A stretch of 64,000 nucleotides of DNA from the human T2T-CHM13v2.0 reference genome, Homo sapiens: the NCBI RefSeq assembly GCF_009914755.1, contig NC_060925.1; one strand, 5' to 3'. Every line of letters starts with the position of its first letter. Position 1 is the first letter of the stretch. A program made the position numbers and the translations under genes. This document shows positions 13,826 to 27,500 of this stretch, piece after piece. Below the pieces are notes generated by a model that searched no databases, was not told the DNA's origin, and saw nothing but the letters and a program-made list of their open reading frames with translations.

Positions 13826-15124
13826 TGGAATGAACTTTTTTTGGTAATTTTTAAAATGAAGATTGACAATAAAGTAACTAGATCAGTGAGTGTGAGTGTC
13901 CTCGTAAGCAAAAATGACTTATAGTAGAGCATGTACTTTAAGTTGTCAGATAATGATACTGAGGGATTTATAATGGTACAGCCAAAGTCTGCTATTGTTA
14001 TCAGATGCTAGGCATGAGCTAGATGAAATGGGTTTAGAGGTGCAGTATATGAAGCTACTGGCTAACTGAGCCCTCTTAACATAATATTGTAATGATAGAT
14101 AATTTTGTAATCATCCAAATGTCTGTTAATTTTATTATATTGTTGCCTCAAACAATATCTCTTTCAGTGGTTGGAATTATGGCACATAGAGAGCTACAGA
14201 TGAATTATAGTACTGGTTGATCTAATTAAAAAACAAATCTCTTCCAGCTTTTTCTTAATAATTATGAGCCATGTAACACATGCAGAATCCTTCCTTCTGG
14301 TCTTGTGAAGGCATCACAAACTAATCAATGTGCTGATGCTCAGTTGGTTAAAGTACCGAATCTACTTTCACATACTTCCAGCCCACTGCAGATAGTTTGG
14401 GCTATTTGGCTTGTTTTGGCCAATAAGCTGTGAAAAGAAGTGATATCTACTACCTAGACACTAAAGCAGAGAATAGTACCTGAATTGTCAGCTGTCTACC
14501 TCCTGGAAGGTCGGAGGAGGTTCCATCATCCAGGTGGTGCAGTTACAGTTTGCTGGAGTCTGTGTCAGCCTATGTTCTATCCCGTGCAACTCCTCCCACC
14601 CCTGCAATTGAATTTAAGGATGTATCCTGGCTAACGCAAGTACAATTTACAATAACAACAAAAACAAATGCTAGTAAATGTTAACTAGTAAGAAACACAT
14701 ACATTCACAATTACTTCAAAAACTTAGATTGCTAGTCTATAGAGAACAGTTTGTGTAAAGGCATGGAGTCATGAAGTGACTTGATTGCTAGGGGAACTGC
14801 TGCTGGACTGTACTGAGTAGAGCATGTAATTCTTGGGGAGTCATGGCAAGGTGTTAACTAACTCATAGGTTTGCCTGGCTATGCTGTATATGTTTACATT
14901 TGTAACAAAATTAAGAGAGCCCATATCATTCAAACTCTTAAAGAAAACCTGAATGAGAACTTCAAAATAGTAATCACTCATTGGTTGCGATGATTACTTA
15001 TAAGAACTTATCAACCAGCTTTCCACATTACTTCTGACCTCCAAGTATAATAGTTAATGACCCTGTAGTGCATAAGGTCACAATGTCCACATAACTATTT
15101 CTTCTAGACCAATAATTGTCAATC

Positions 15125-15283
15125 TTTCCTAGACATAAGAAATCCCTGGGAGTCTATAAAAAATGCAGGATGCCAAAGCCACACTAAAGACTGATTAAAT
15201 CAGAATATCTGGGAGAGGTCCTAGTCATCTGTATTTTGCAGAGATCCTGAGATACAAGATACAGCCAAAGTTGAGAACCACTG
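15125..15283. mobile_element. MER5-like hAT MITE
   Basis: 'ctgattaaatcagaatatctggg...gccaaagttgagaaccactg' terminus. Confidence 0.65.
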
Positions 15284-15965
15284 TTCTAGAAAGGAGAAAT
15301 ATGCTATTATATCATATATGCTTCTTCATCTTTGATATGTATAAAAAATTACAAAAGCCATTATTTCCACCTTAGTAATAACTTTCTACTGGTTTATGGG
15401 TATGTGGTATGTTGTCATTTCTAATGACCAAGTTTCCTTGAATGATTTAACTGCCTTTTCCTTAGGAGTGTTATTTGAAAAGAATAGTAATACCTCTGGG
15501 GAAATCTTAAAAATTCCCGATTTCTATGTTTCAAGGGCTAGATTAGAGTTTTCCCAGGTTTTGATCCATTAATTTACTTCCTCAAGGCCTTAGCTAGACA
15601 AGGAAAGTGCCATGTGGGAGCTGACATTCAGATAAAATCACTACATGTGTTTGTTTGAAGGTAATTATTGAAGTAAACACATTTGACATTATTCCAGTGT
15701 GCCAGGTGCAGGATATGTGTAAGTACAAATGTGTGTGTCTTGGGAACAACAATACATCCTTGGTGTATTAAAGAATTGGTAAAGAAAAATACTTGATATT
15801 TACACAGTGGGAAATTTTTTTTGAAGCTTTTGCATCTTTATGAAGTCTTTGCAAAGCCTGAATTTGTTGGCACAAGTAAATTCCATCTGTTGCTCTTAAA
15901 GAAATATTGACTTGCACTTTATTATTTGGAAAGACATGGGTGAAATAAGTTTACATATAGGTGTT

Positions 15966-16315
15966 TGATATGGTTTGGCTCTGTGTCCCTACCCAAATCT
16001 CATCTTGAATTGTAGTTCCCACAATCCCCACATGTTGTGGGAGGGAAGTGATTGGATCATGGGGGTGGGTTGCTCCATGCTGTCCTTGTGACTGTGAGTT
16101 CTCATGAGATCTGATGGTTTTATATGTGTTTGTCATTTCCCATGCTCCAGCATTCTCTCTCTTGCTGCCCTGTGAAGAGGTGCCTTCTGCCATAATTGTA
16201 AGTTTCATGAGGCTTCCCCAGCCGTGCAGAACTGTGAGTCAATTAAACCTCTTTTCTTTATAAATTACCCAGTCTTGAGTATTTCTAAATAGCAGCCTGA
16301 GAAAGGACTAATACA
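15966..16315 (+). mobile_element. THE1 solo LTR (ERVL-MaLR)
   Basis: TGATATGGTTTGGCTCTGTGTCCC...GGACTAATACA with TG/CA ends. 5-bp TSD GTGTT/GTATT. Confidence 0.92.
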
Positions 16316-16454
16316 GTATTTATATAAATATGTATTTATATCTATGTAGATAGCATCTCAGACTGTGCACATGACAATACATGTTCTCAAGTAATCAGCT
16401 TCACGAACTACTGACATGCATTATGTTCTTATTCCTAACATTCCTTAAACACAG

Positions 16455-17035
16455 CATATTGTCAGTGAGTAAACCATGAACCTTGCAGCTAGACTAGTTG
16501 AATCTGAATCCCAGCCATACCACTTACTAGTTGTATGACTTTGTGAAATTTCCTCAACATCCCTGTGTCTCAATTTCTTTATCCTTAAAGTGGGGAATGA
16601 TAGTCATAGTACTTACTTTCTTTTCCTTTTTCTTTTTCTTTCCTTTTTTTTTTTTCTTGAGACGGAGTCTTGCTCTATCACCAGGCTGGAGTGCAGTGGT
16701 GTGATCTCTGCTCACTTGCTCACTGCAACCTCTGCCTCCCAGGTTCAAGTGATTCTTCTGCCTCAGCCTCCTGAGTAGCTGGGACTACAGGCATGCACCA
16801 CCACACCCAGCTAATTTTTGTATTTTTAGTAGAGGCGGGGTTTCACCATGTTGGCCAGGATGGTCTCGATCTCTTGACCTCGTACTCTGCCTGCCTTGGC
16901 CTCCCAAAGTGCTGGGGTTACAGGCGTGAGCCACCATGCCTGGCCAGTACTTACTTTCATAGTATGGTGTGAGGCATAAATGAGGTAATACATTTAAAGT
17001 GCTTAGAACAGGGCCTGGCACATAGATGATGCTAA
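16455..17035 (+). mobile_element. MIR SINE interrupted by an Alu
   Basis: 'gaatcccagccataccacttactagttgtatgac' left of the Alu; 'taaagtgcttagaacagggcctggcacatag' right of it. Confidence 0.75.
16621..16945 (-). mobile_element. Alu SINE (AluS-type) with perfect 13-bp TSD
   Basis: Full Alu in reverse. TSD AGTACTTACTTTC at 16608-16620 and 16946-16958. Confidence 0.96.
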
Positions 17036-17114
17036 AAAATTTTTTTCTTTTATTCTGAAATAATCTAAAATATTGTGTAAGAAAAGTCCATAATGTATAT
17101 AAATAACTTTATAT

Positions 17115-17190
17115 TAAAAACTATTGTGTAGATTGTATTATTATAAAAACCATTATGTAGATTGTATTATTATAAAAACTATTGGGTACA
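17115..17190. repeat. 29-bp tandem repeat, ~2.6 copies
   Basis: Unit TAAAAACTATTGTGTAGATTGTATTATTA repeated with few mismatches. Confidence 0.85.
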
Positions 17191-18833
17191 TCATATGTAG
17201 ACAAGAATTCCTAGGTTACCTCTATCCTCTAAACGCATTTTGTTTATACACACATTGATCCTTAAGCTTCATGCAGTTTTATGATTTTTGCCTCATAGCT
17301 TTCACACTGTTGGAAACCCCACAGAGTATTTGTATCTGGTGTGTTCCACGAAATCTTCTCTCTGCCTGTTCAGTTTCCTGGTTGCTTCAATTGTGAAGCC
17401 TTGGCGGTTTCCAGTTGAGGATTTATGTTATGATTTGTTGACTCTGGTTATGTTATCTGGTTTTCCTTTACTGTGGTTATATGTCTATTAAGCCTTACTG
17501 ATTCTGTGGGGAGAGGTGTAGGGATGTTCATTGCACTAGAGAAGCCTATTATGTGGTCTTCAATTACTGAAGTCTTGGTTGTGTGCTTCTGAAGATTTGT
17601 CTACATAGATGGTTGGTGGCTAAAAAAGAAAATGATATCTGCCACGTATTTGCTTTCTCGTGCTTTTCACTCAAAATTTATCACTTATCAAAATATACAT
17701 GACTCATTCTTTTACAGACCAACTGGTGACTAACTATCCTGAGAGACGTTGCCTTTAAATGAGACCTTTAGATACCATATATCATAATTCAATGAAGCAA
17801 ACATCTAATTAAATGCTGGACGTCCTGGCATAGGGATGAAGCCAAAAAATGCAAGGCATTGCTATCAAGCTTTCCTGGTTACCTCTACTAAAAATCCGCC
17901 AGTTTATGTGAGAAGACTATTTTGCTCTAAGGTTTTGTACACATTTTAGAACATTTAGGGTAATGAGCAGAACTTTATGTGTTTTCTGGAATTATTTCAA
18001 AAGTATACTTATAAGGGCTTGAACTAGCAATAGAAGAGCCACAGTGTGCCAGAGAGCACAGTTTCTGTAAAACAATTCAATTAAGAGACTTTAAAAAAAA
18101 AATCATAGCGATTTAATGTGCCATCAGCTGAAAGAAGTCACCCACTAATCTTGTCATTTAACACTGAGAATTAGGGTAACGCTGCCGGCTTTAATGGAAT
18201 TATAAATAGGCCACCTTTCCACTAATGGATATTTTATATCAGCATCTCATTTAGAATTTTAGTCAATTAGAGTTTCTTTTGTTACTTGCTCATAGAAAGT
18301 AAAAGGAACATATCAAATATAGAAATTAACTATGGCTAACTCAAGGTTGTTTCATTTACTCTCAATGAGAATTTCCTCTGATAGGAAGGGATACAGCAAG
18401 TTAAGGCATTCTCTCTCTATGTGATGCTTTAAAAAAAGTCAACCTAGTAAGGAGAAATCACAGTTGTTTTTAGTTGGAAAATTCTATCATTTAATTATTT
18501 TTTGAGGTAACTGGCTTAAAAATGTATGAAATGGGGGCATGAGTAAAATGCTAATGTTATGGCATCTAAGAGCCTATATTTTAATTTAGCTTATATCATT
18601 TGTATCTTCTAATCAATTTCCATGAATTCTCACTAGTCTTCAGATTACTCATTTATCAGAAAATTATTAATCCCATGTTAAACACTTCCTAAATCTCAGT
18701 GTGGTAAACGGTTGCCTGTTTATCAGTTGCAGAATGGTTCAAGGTCCATGGCATTTTTGCCATTGTTTGCTTATAATTGCACCTAAATTACTGTCATCAA
18801 ATAGGACGGGAGTATGAAACAGGTAGTATATCA

Positions 18834-19283
18834 TTAGAAGACAGTTCTCCATAGGTCTCATGCATTTCTGCATGTCTTGAGAGTTAAGCACTGACCGCTT
18901 TTGTTCCCGGCTATTTCTTCAGTATTCCTATAGTAAACAGCCTTGAAAGATGGAGACAGTATCTCCCTCTGGAGCAAAGAATAGGCTCTATTAGTGTTCA
19001 TTTTAAAAGGCTTGGTTTCACTAACTTCAGTTTTTTTTCTTCTGTAATACAGCCTACTCCATGTGCAGATGTCACCTGAGCCTCTTTATGTCACTTTGTG
19101 GGAATTGGAGCTTGGGGAACCAGTGCAAATGCTGACATTCTGGCTACTGCTATTGCTGTAATAAACTATCTTTTGTCTCTGACCCAAGAGACTCATATTC
19201 TACCAGCATTCATAGAACTGTAGCAGGCTAACTTGTTAGCTTGTAAGTAGGGTAAAATATCAGACCCTTCACAATTCTTGACC
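18834..19283. mobile_element. ERVL-class solo LTR (tentatively LTR47-like)
   Basis: End 'gcaggctaacttgttagcttgtaagtagggtaaaatatcagacccttcacaattcttgac' and internal AATAAA. The family name is from memory and tentative. Confidence 0.6.
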
Positions 19284-21620
19284 ATTCAAAAACCATCTGC
19301 TTGGCTCTTCTCATAATATTCAATTAATATTATTATTTTAGTTTTCTCTTCCACATTCCTTAGTTTGAAATCCAGGATTAGCCAGTTATCCTCACTGAGC
19401 CTCAGTTTACTTATCTGCAAAATGAAGATAATTATCGCCTTATGGACTATTTGGAGAATTAAATGAAATAATACTTGTAAGAAAATTTTGTGTAAAGCAT
19501 TGCACTACTTTTAGTAATTTTAATGATTCATTCTGTAGCTTACATTAAGTTTTCTGTTGTAATGTATTGCTCACTGACATGTTAAAAATAATTATAATAA
19601 TCTGTCATCAGGACACTCTAAAACATCCTTGTGAAGTTAAAAAATAGGGGCAGAATTTTTTCTCTTCATGTTTCAATTGGAAAATGAAGACAAAGAAATA
19701 TTAAAATGGTTTTCTATAGTTTCACAGGTTTTAGGACTCAGGTATATTAGGAAGCAGACAAAATCCATGCATGGAAATCTATAGATGTTTCTATCCATGA
19801 AACATTATTTTCAAAATTTCCTTAGCATAAATTAGAACATTGAATTGTAACCATGGGAAATTATCTTAAAAGTGAAAAGCTGATATTACTGGACACTTTC
19901 ACATAGGAATATATTGTCTTTGATATCTTTATAAAATAGTTTAAAAACATCTGTAATTATTAAAAATAGCAAACTAGACTGGATGGACACATACTAAATA
20001 ATATAGAGTCAGAAGCAGAATAAAACCCAGTTAACTAACATCCCTTATGGTTTTTATCTTACCTAACCATAGCTCTGCCATAAGGCATTGCATATTTCCA
20101 AAGGTTCAGGGATGAGTGGTGGAAGGTAGGACGGTGAGTCATGAGAGAAAGGAAAAATCCAGGACCTAGTATGTGTGACTTATCCCAGGGAGTCATTTCT
20201 CATGAATCCATTGATGCTGGGTTGATTTTCTATAAGTAATTCCTAATCATGGACATCTTGTTAATAACATTCAATAGATAAGATCTCCCATCATAGCAAA
20301 TACCATTCCTGTATTTGCTCCAAGTTCCAGTTATCATCTTGGTAGGGAGATTAGATCAGTCATCTGTTTTCTTTTCTTTCCTCCAAGGACTTCCTATGGT
20401 ATACACAGCAAATCTATCTCAAACCGGATATGTTAACTCTTTTCTCTCCAAGTATGTAGAACTAATCTGGATGTCTTTGTTAAGCCTTTACTGAACATTT
20501 TGTATGTATTATCTCGTTTCATCATAGAAATAACTCAGCAAGATTGGGGAATACTATTCAATGTTTGCAAAGAGAAAAATGAACTTCAGAGGACCAAATT
20601 TTCTCCAAGTTTACATAGATTTAAGCGCTATAATCAAGACGTGAATTCGGATCTCACTTAAGACGTAGTCCATGCATTTTATGTGTATCTTATGTATCTC
20701 AAACCTCAGATACTTACCCACAAATGTATTATCCATGTATTGGGAAGTTGGTCTTCTATAACCTGTGTCTGGAGGTGATTTAGTTTTCCAAAAGCAGTGA
20801 CTGCTCTGGCAGAAACCATCCTCTGGTTTGAGAGAGCAGGTGCTCCAAAATTTTCCAGAGACCCTTCTTTAGTGGAACTGAAGTGTACAGAAAGTAAGTC
20901 TAGTGTTACAGAAATGCTAGATTCTGCCCACACACGTTAGTTCACATATCTTTGGACTCACTTGAACTAACTAAAATGACAGTTACAAAGATATGAAACT
21001 CTAAAGTCCTTGTGATCAAGGAAAGAATGACTCGTTAGTACGTAGAGACTAATAGAGCTCCACTCATGTATTCTGACCAAACTGTAAATTCTGATAGCAG
21101 ACAGAGGTTGAAGGAGATTTTCTTAGGGCCCAAGTGTTTTTCTTGGGTGGTTGCTAAGGGCCTCTTCATCCACAAGAATGTCTTTGTGTTTCTTTTCCCT
21201 TTTCTCTTTTCCAAGCACAAAAAAACCCTCAAACTTTCATCACTTTCCTGTTATATGTTGAACATGCTAGCTATTATATTTTCTATAGCTCTCATCTTTT
21301 CAACAACAGAAAAGTTATAGGCCACCCTGTACTCTTTCCCCTACCTTTTCTGAGATGTAGCAACATAAACTGTAAGAAGTAAAGTACTCAGGGGACGTGT
21401 GTGTCTGTTCATATCTGTGTGTGAGGGAGTAGCAAGTAGAGGATAAATAGCAATTTACAAATTTTGAAAATATGTATTCTGATTATTAAAGTACTTAAAG
21501 ATATAATCTGAGGGCACTCACAAATAAGTACTTATTTTACCAGTGGGTTGGAAGTGGTCCTACCTAGTATACTAGAAATTTATTATTTGTATTATTTTTT
21601 TTTTGTAAATCACATTGATT

Positions 21621-22028
21621 TGATTTGGTTTGAAAATATGTCCCTTCCAAATCTCATGTTGAATTGTAATCTCCATTGTTGGAGGTGGGGCCTGGTCGGA
21701 GGTGTTTGGTCATGAGGGTGGATCACTCATGGCTTGGTGCTATCCTCAGGATAGTGTGTCAGCACTTGTGATATGTTTAAAAGTGTGTGAAACCTCCCCC
21801 CCCCCGCCCACTCTCCCTCTCATTCTTGCTCTAGTCATGTGACATGCCTGCTTCCCCTTTGCCTTCCACCGCAATTGTAAGGTTCCCGAGGCCCTTGCCA
21901 GAAACCAAGCAGGTGTTGGCGCCATGCTTGTACAGCCTGCAGAACCGTGAGCCAATTAAACCTCTTTTCTTCATGAATTATTGAGTCTCAGGCATTTCTT
22001 TACAGCAATGCAAGACTAGCCTAACACA
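21621..22028 (+). mobile_element. MST (MSTA/MSTB) solo LTR
   Basis: 'ccaaatctcatgttgaattgtaatctccattgttggaggtggggcctgg...agaaccgtgagccaattaaacctcttttc...ctaacaca'. Confidence 0.88.
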
Positions 22029-22659
22029 CATAAACTAAACCATTTATGAAAGAGAAATAATATGTTTATAAACACAACATTTATACAGTTCAGTAGTTAC
22101 TTCCTATTATCCACACGTTATATATAGTGGATAACAACAATTGTGTTAATTATTTCAAATGCATATTTCTTGCTATACTGTAGCTTATTTAATAGTAATT
22201 AATAAAAAGCAAATAGAGTTAATGATTGCATAAATATAACATGCCAAAACCAAGAATTGTAAGTTTCTCATACTACTTGTTTATATATTCTTGGTTATTT
22301 ATAGTTAAGTCCCCATAATACATTCATAGGATGATTCAACTGACTCAAGGAATGAGATAAATAACTTTTGAATCATTTAACTGTTTTTCTTAATCTTTTG
22401 GAAAACCAGACAGAAAAGTAACATGAATTTCATGTTAGGTATATATGGTTATGATCGGGAATTGATAAGAGAAAGCACTGCATTGCCCTGAGTCATGGTT
22501 CCCGAGTCATCTTTGATAGTGATATTGGTGGGTGCCTATGGGTAAATATTGAACTTCTTGGAAGCTAATGACTTAACTTCCAAGTCAGTGCTCTTAACTG
22601 TGAACTGTGTTAATTTCTCTAAAATGTTCACTTCACTGGGTCACATAGGGGAATAAATG

Positions 22660-23002
22660 AAGTAATGCCTGGAGTACTGTTCCCTAACTCCTCCAGTGGC
22701 TGGTTCCTTTTCATCCTTCAGATCTCATCTCAAAGGCAATGCCTGGGTAAGACCTGCTTTTCTGTTCTCCACCACCCCACATGATGACGCCCCCCCATCA
22801 ATGACTTTCATTCTCTACCATATCACTGTTTATTTCCTTCATAGCACTTACAACTTTCTGAAATTTTCTTTCTTACATTTTTCTTGTTTATTGCCTGCTC
22901 CTACAGAATGTAAGTTTCATGGGGTAAATAAAATTTATCTTTCCTCCTGTATGTCCCAGGATGGTACTAAGACATGGTGTGATGTGTAGTAGACATTCAA
23001 CA
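22660..23002 (+). mobile_element. L2 LINE 3' fragment
   Basis: 'tcatccttcagatctcatctcaaa...agaatgtaagtttcatggg...tagtagacattcaa'. Confidence 0.65.
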
Positions 23003-23729
23003 AAAATACAGAGGCAGAAAATGGGCGTGCAAAAAATATAAATTGCAAAGCAAAATGCAAGTTGGCAACCTTGATTTCATGCTCAAAACCATGTCTTCTG
23101 TTTTATCTAGATGCATGTATAGTTTTTCCTAGTAAGAAAAATTTTCCCCTGTAAGTTTTGGGGGTGTCAATTTTTTTGTCTTTTAAAAAAAGATCTTTGG
23201 AAATATTGGCTGGATGAGCAATGGTGAAGACACAATAAGCTTAGCTGTTAGAAGCTAAATCTGCACTTTGTGAAAGGAAATAACATAGGAATGCCCCTGT
23301 TGTGCCCAGCCCAGGCTCTGGAATTGATATGGAAATCTTCTAATTACTAATGTGATTGAACAAGAGCAGATGAAGAGATAAAGCTCTGGTCAAAGAGAAG
23401 ACTTCATCTCCTAGGTTGTAATGAGACACTTTGAATATCCAAGTGTATCTGCTGTGACTTAAACCAGTTAAAGGTACTCTTTCATGGATACCAGCTATTT
23501 TTGTGAAAGCTCAAGTTTACCTGAGGAAAATTTACTGTTAATAAGTTTATTCAATACAAGCCACATGGGGAATATCATTTTGACGGGAGAGATAATCCTC
23601 AGCCACTTAGCTATCTAAAAATAGAAATACCTCAATTCCTAGATCTGAAAGTATGTACATTTAAAGAAGGCTGGAGGAAAATAATCTTTTTGCTTTGCCT
23701 TGAAAGACAGATTGGATGAATGCCTGCTC

Positions 23730-23995
23730 TGGGGAGGCAGTAGAGCCTGGTATAAATAACATTGGCTCTGGGATCACAGTAAACAGGTTTTGATCATGGC
23801 CAATTGTTAACTCTATGATTTTAACTCCATAAGCCTCAGCTCCCTCATCCATAAGATGGTGGTGATGACAACAGTCATATAGGGTTGTTGTGAAGATTAA
23901 GAGGGTATGCACTTGCACACACACACACACACACAGACACATACATACGCAAAGAGTGATTTCTGACACATGCAAGCACTTTATAATGGTCACTA
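23730..23995 (+). mobile_element. MIR SINE containing a (CA)n tract at 23916-23948
   Basis: 'agcctcagctccctcatccataagatgg...atagggttgttgtgaagattaa' followed by CA repeats. Confidence 0.7.
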
Positions 23996-24514
23996 TAAAA
24001 CTGCTATCTAATCAGTCACTTAAGGAAATAAAGATCTAATTGTTTGCTTCTGTGATGGCCCTCTGCTTCTGCAACAGTGGCTCTTTGAAGTAAAATGTTC
24101 CTGCTGTTCTCTCAGAGCTCTGGAGGAGTAAGAATTACTATAGGAGTGTGATATGATAGTGAATAAATTGACAGGAGACAGTTCTGGAATCACAGAGAAA
24201 GGGATCGGGGCTGCTGAAGTTACACTGTGAGGCTATAGCTTTCAATGGCAATTATTAAATATTACTACCTTTCGGTGTTTCTTCAGAGGAAAACTAGTGC
24301 TTTTGAAATATATTATTTTCACTAAAAGTCTATGTTAAAAAATCTTATCTTTTGGGTACAATAATGTAAGCACACTATGAGAAAGCCAGTTTATATCTGT
24401 TGGTTCTTAAGTACTTCTTTTTTTATTGAGTCTTTAAAAATATTAGCAGTATCATTTTTATATGAATAATTTTAAATGGCTCAGGTTTGCTAACCATTGT
24501 AAAACCCAGGAAGT

Positions 24515-24518
<4 letters not shown>

Positions 24519-24557
<39 letters not shown>

Positions 24558-24560
24558 TGT
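24519..24560. repeat. (GT)16 AT (GT)4 microsatellite
   Basis: Read directly from the sequence. Confidence 0.97.
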
Positions 24561-27500
24561 ATTCCCTATGGGTAAAGGGCAAGGGCAAGTCGTATTCTTC
24601 TTAAGTATTTGTTGACATAAAAGAAAATGAAGCTTGGTTTTAATATTTTCCTCATTGTTACAGTCTTATAGTATTTGCTTAGGTAACCCTGCTGCATGAA
24701 GATCCAGGTTTTTTTTTTTTTTTTTTTCAGGGTATTACTTATTTACTGGCTTAAATCACAAAACATGGTGGTTTCTAAGAATTAATTTTGTGAGTCATTA
24801 TCAATGTACTCTCTAGAAAGCATGAAGCCAAAAAAAAGTTTTTATATTTAAAAAGATGTCAAAATGATTAAGATTTGGAGGAAAATATAGAAAACCATAG
24901 TTAGGAGTCTCATAGAGCTGCTAGTTTAATTCAAATATTCATTAAATATTTATGTTCAACTATGCAGTGGGTTCTTTCCTAGAAAGTGGACATCTGGAGT
25001 TAAGTAAATTAGGTCCCTGTCCCGAAAGGAACTTGCAGAAGGAAAAACCTGGAACCATAGAAATACCATAAAATATTTTCAAGTAATTGCCATTATTATT
25101 ATCCTGGTGAGTAGCCCAGGTTACCTGGGCAGTTAGGTTTATCTGAGGGCTGTCCACATGATCCCTAGACCAATAAATGTTTTGGGATTTTGTCTGCCAA
25201 AGCTATTTACAGCGATATATACAGCTCTAAATTGTGTTTTAAAGTTAAATATATAATTATATATGTATGTTTATCTATTTTTCTATTCATGTCTTTTTAT
25301 TTGGGCCTTTGTTCTCCGGCATCTTGGGTTATTATTGGGTTTACGTTTGCAGGATACGTGCTTATATTCTCGTCCAAGGTGTTCCACACTGTTTGGCGGT
25401 GGTCTGTGCTCAGAAATCTGGTTAGTAACTTTTCTGGCTCTCCAGCCAGGGATCAGATGTTTCAGCTAAGCCTTTAATGGATTTTGCTTTAGATCAGCTG
25501 CAAACTACAAATGTTGTCTGTTCTGAAGTTGATATATCTTGTAGGAACTTTATTGATGTAACAAAATTTATTGATAAATACATCTTCCTTCCTAAATTAT
25601 TTGAATTGTTAGATTTACCAAGTATGGATTGTTTAGCTCTATGCTTTTATATGTTTGTTCTTTCTGTTCTCTTCAGTAGAATTGCCTTTGCTATTCTTGA
25701 CCAGCCTCACAAGTTTAATTATTGTGGACTTCTGACATGTTTTTAATATGTAAGGCAGCCATTCTTCTCTCTTATTGATATTCCCACCCCCCAAATTAAA
25801 AAAAAAATCCTGTCTTTTTATATTTTCATATTAATTTTAGAATAATTTGGTCAATTTCTAAAAATTACTTACGTCTGTTGGAATTTTATTAATATCTACA
25901 TTAATTTGAAAAATACTACATCCTAGTGTTTTTCAAGCTCCTACAAGTCATTTACATCTTTTAATAAAGTTCCTTAGTCTTATTCAAATAGGTCTTCACC
26001 AAAACAGGGTTTTGAAGGGTAATTTTCTCTAATTGGTACTGGGAACAAACTGTAAAATTACTGGAATTGTTAAGTCTGTGAACTCAGAGCACCCACCCTA
26101 CCATTTCTGCTGAATACTAATCATCACATTAAAATTAGATTTTAGAGAGTACTTTCATATAAAGCATCCTACTTGATCCTCTCAATCATTGTGAAGTGGA
26201 TGCTCTCATAATCCCCATTTTTACAGATTCCCTCTGCCCAGGATGCTCTTTTATCCCCACTGATGTATCTTTAAATCTTGTATATCGTTCAAAATCAGTT
26301 AAAATGTTCCCTCTTCCCCATAGTATTTCTTGATCTCGCCAGCTTACTCAAAGAAGTAATCTCTCTTAAATGCTTTTATCCATGTCTTTCTTAGGAATGT
26401 ATAATTTCCATTTTATATGTCTTTCCAAGTCTCTAGATCACTATAGCACCCAGCACAGTGCCTGTCACACAGAGAGCACTCAAGTGGCCATATTGTTAAT
26501 GGCTGCCTGGAAGTCCTGGGAGGCTGCAGAAGCAGAATTTTAACAATTCAGGTGCTTTTCGGCGTGGCTAACACTTCAAACACCCAGACCATCAAGCAGT
26601 AACATTCACCTAGTAATGAAACCCACATCTTAGGCTTAGGATACCTATCTCTATTACTGATTTTACTTCATATTTTGTATAATGACCTTGCCATGTAAAA
26701 AAAAAAAAAAAGATAGTAATAAGTCCTTCACTGAAAGAATATTAGAAATGTCATATATGCAAAATACTCACTTTAAATCTCCCTTCCTTATTTATTTTCT
26801 TTTTTCCTTTTTCCACGAAATTGCACACTGTGTGCATGCTACTGTGCTAGGTATTTTTTTTATAGGAGTGTTTTGTGAAATCCACATCTGTTTACATACA
26901 TGGTTACCTTTTTTTTAAATCACCTTCAGAAGATTAAAAGACATCTGAGGCTTCAATTTGTTTCATTAGAAAGGCAGTAATATAATGTTTTGCATTGTTA
27001 AGTCCATGCAACATCTTAAACATACAACAGAGGACATATATACATCTGTTAGTGGACATATAATGCAAATTTATAAGGTATGCTTAGTTAGAAAATGTAA
27101 TCTTTCAAATGAACCCTCAAAGACTTTGATGGAGTGAACAGATTGGCGCAATATAAGCCCATTTGTATGTAACAAAAAAGAAGCATGCATTCATTTTTTT
27201 AGAGTTTTTATTTGTCAGAATAAAACGTTTTGCATTTTGAAGACAGAACCATTATCAAGCATTAAAATGTTTATAGTATTAAGGTTCTTAGCTTCCATGG
27301 AACTTGCAAAGAAAGAAACATTCATCTTTTCATTCTTAAGGAAATACAAAGGGACATTCATTTGCTTTTGTAAGCATAATGAAATAAAAATATTGAACAT
27401 AGAGTCCTGACTGGTGGGGGAAATACATGTCACAATTTCGTGTCCCAGTATATTTTTTATTCTGCTGTAACCTTTGATCAACACCAGTTTCTTTCCTCTC

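Noticed and set aside
17115-17190. 29-bp repeats as a CRISPR-like array
   Set aside because: The units are contiguous with no spacers, there are no cas genes, and the context is mammalian.
25114-25130. Perfect palindrome GCCCAGGT-T-ACCTGGGC
   Set aside because: About one 8-bp-arm palindrome is expected by chance in 64 kb.
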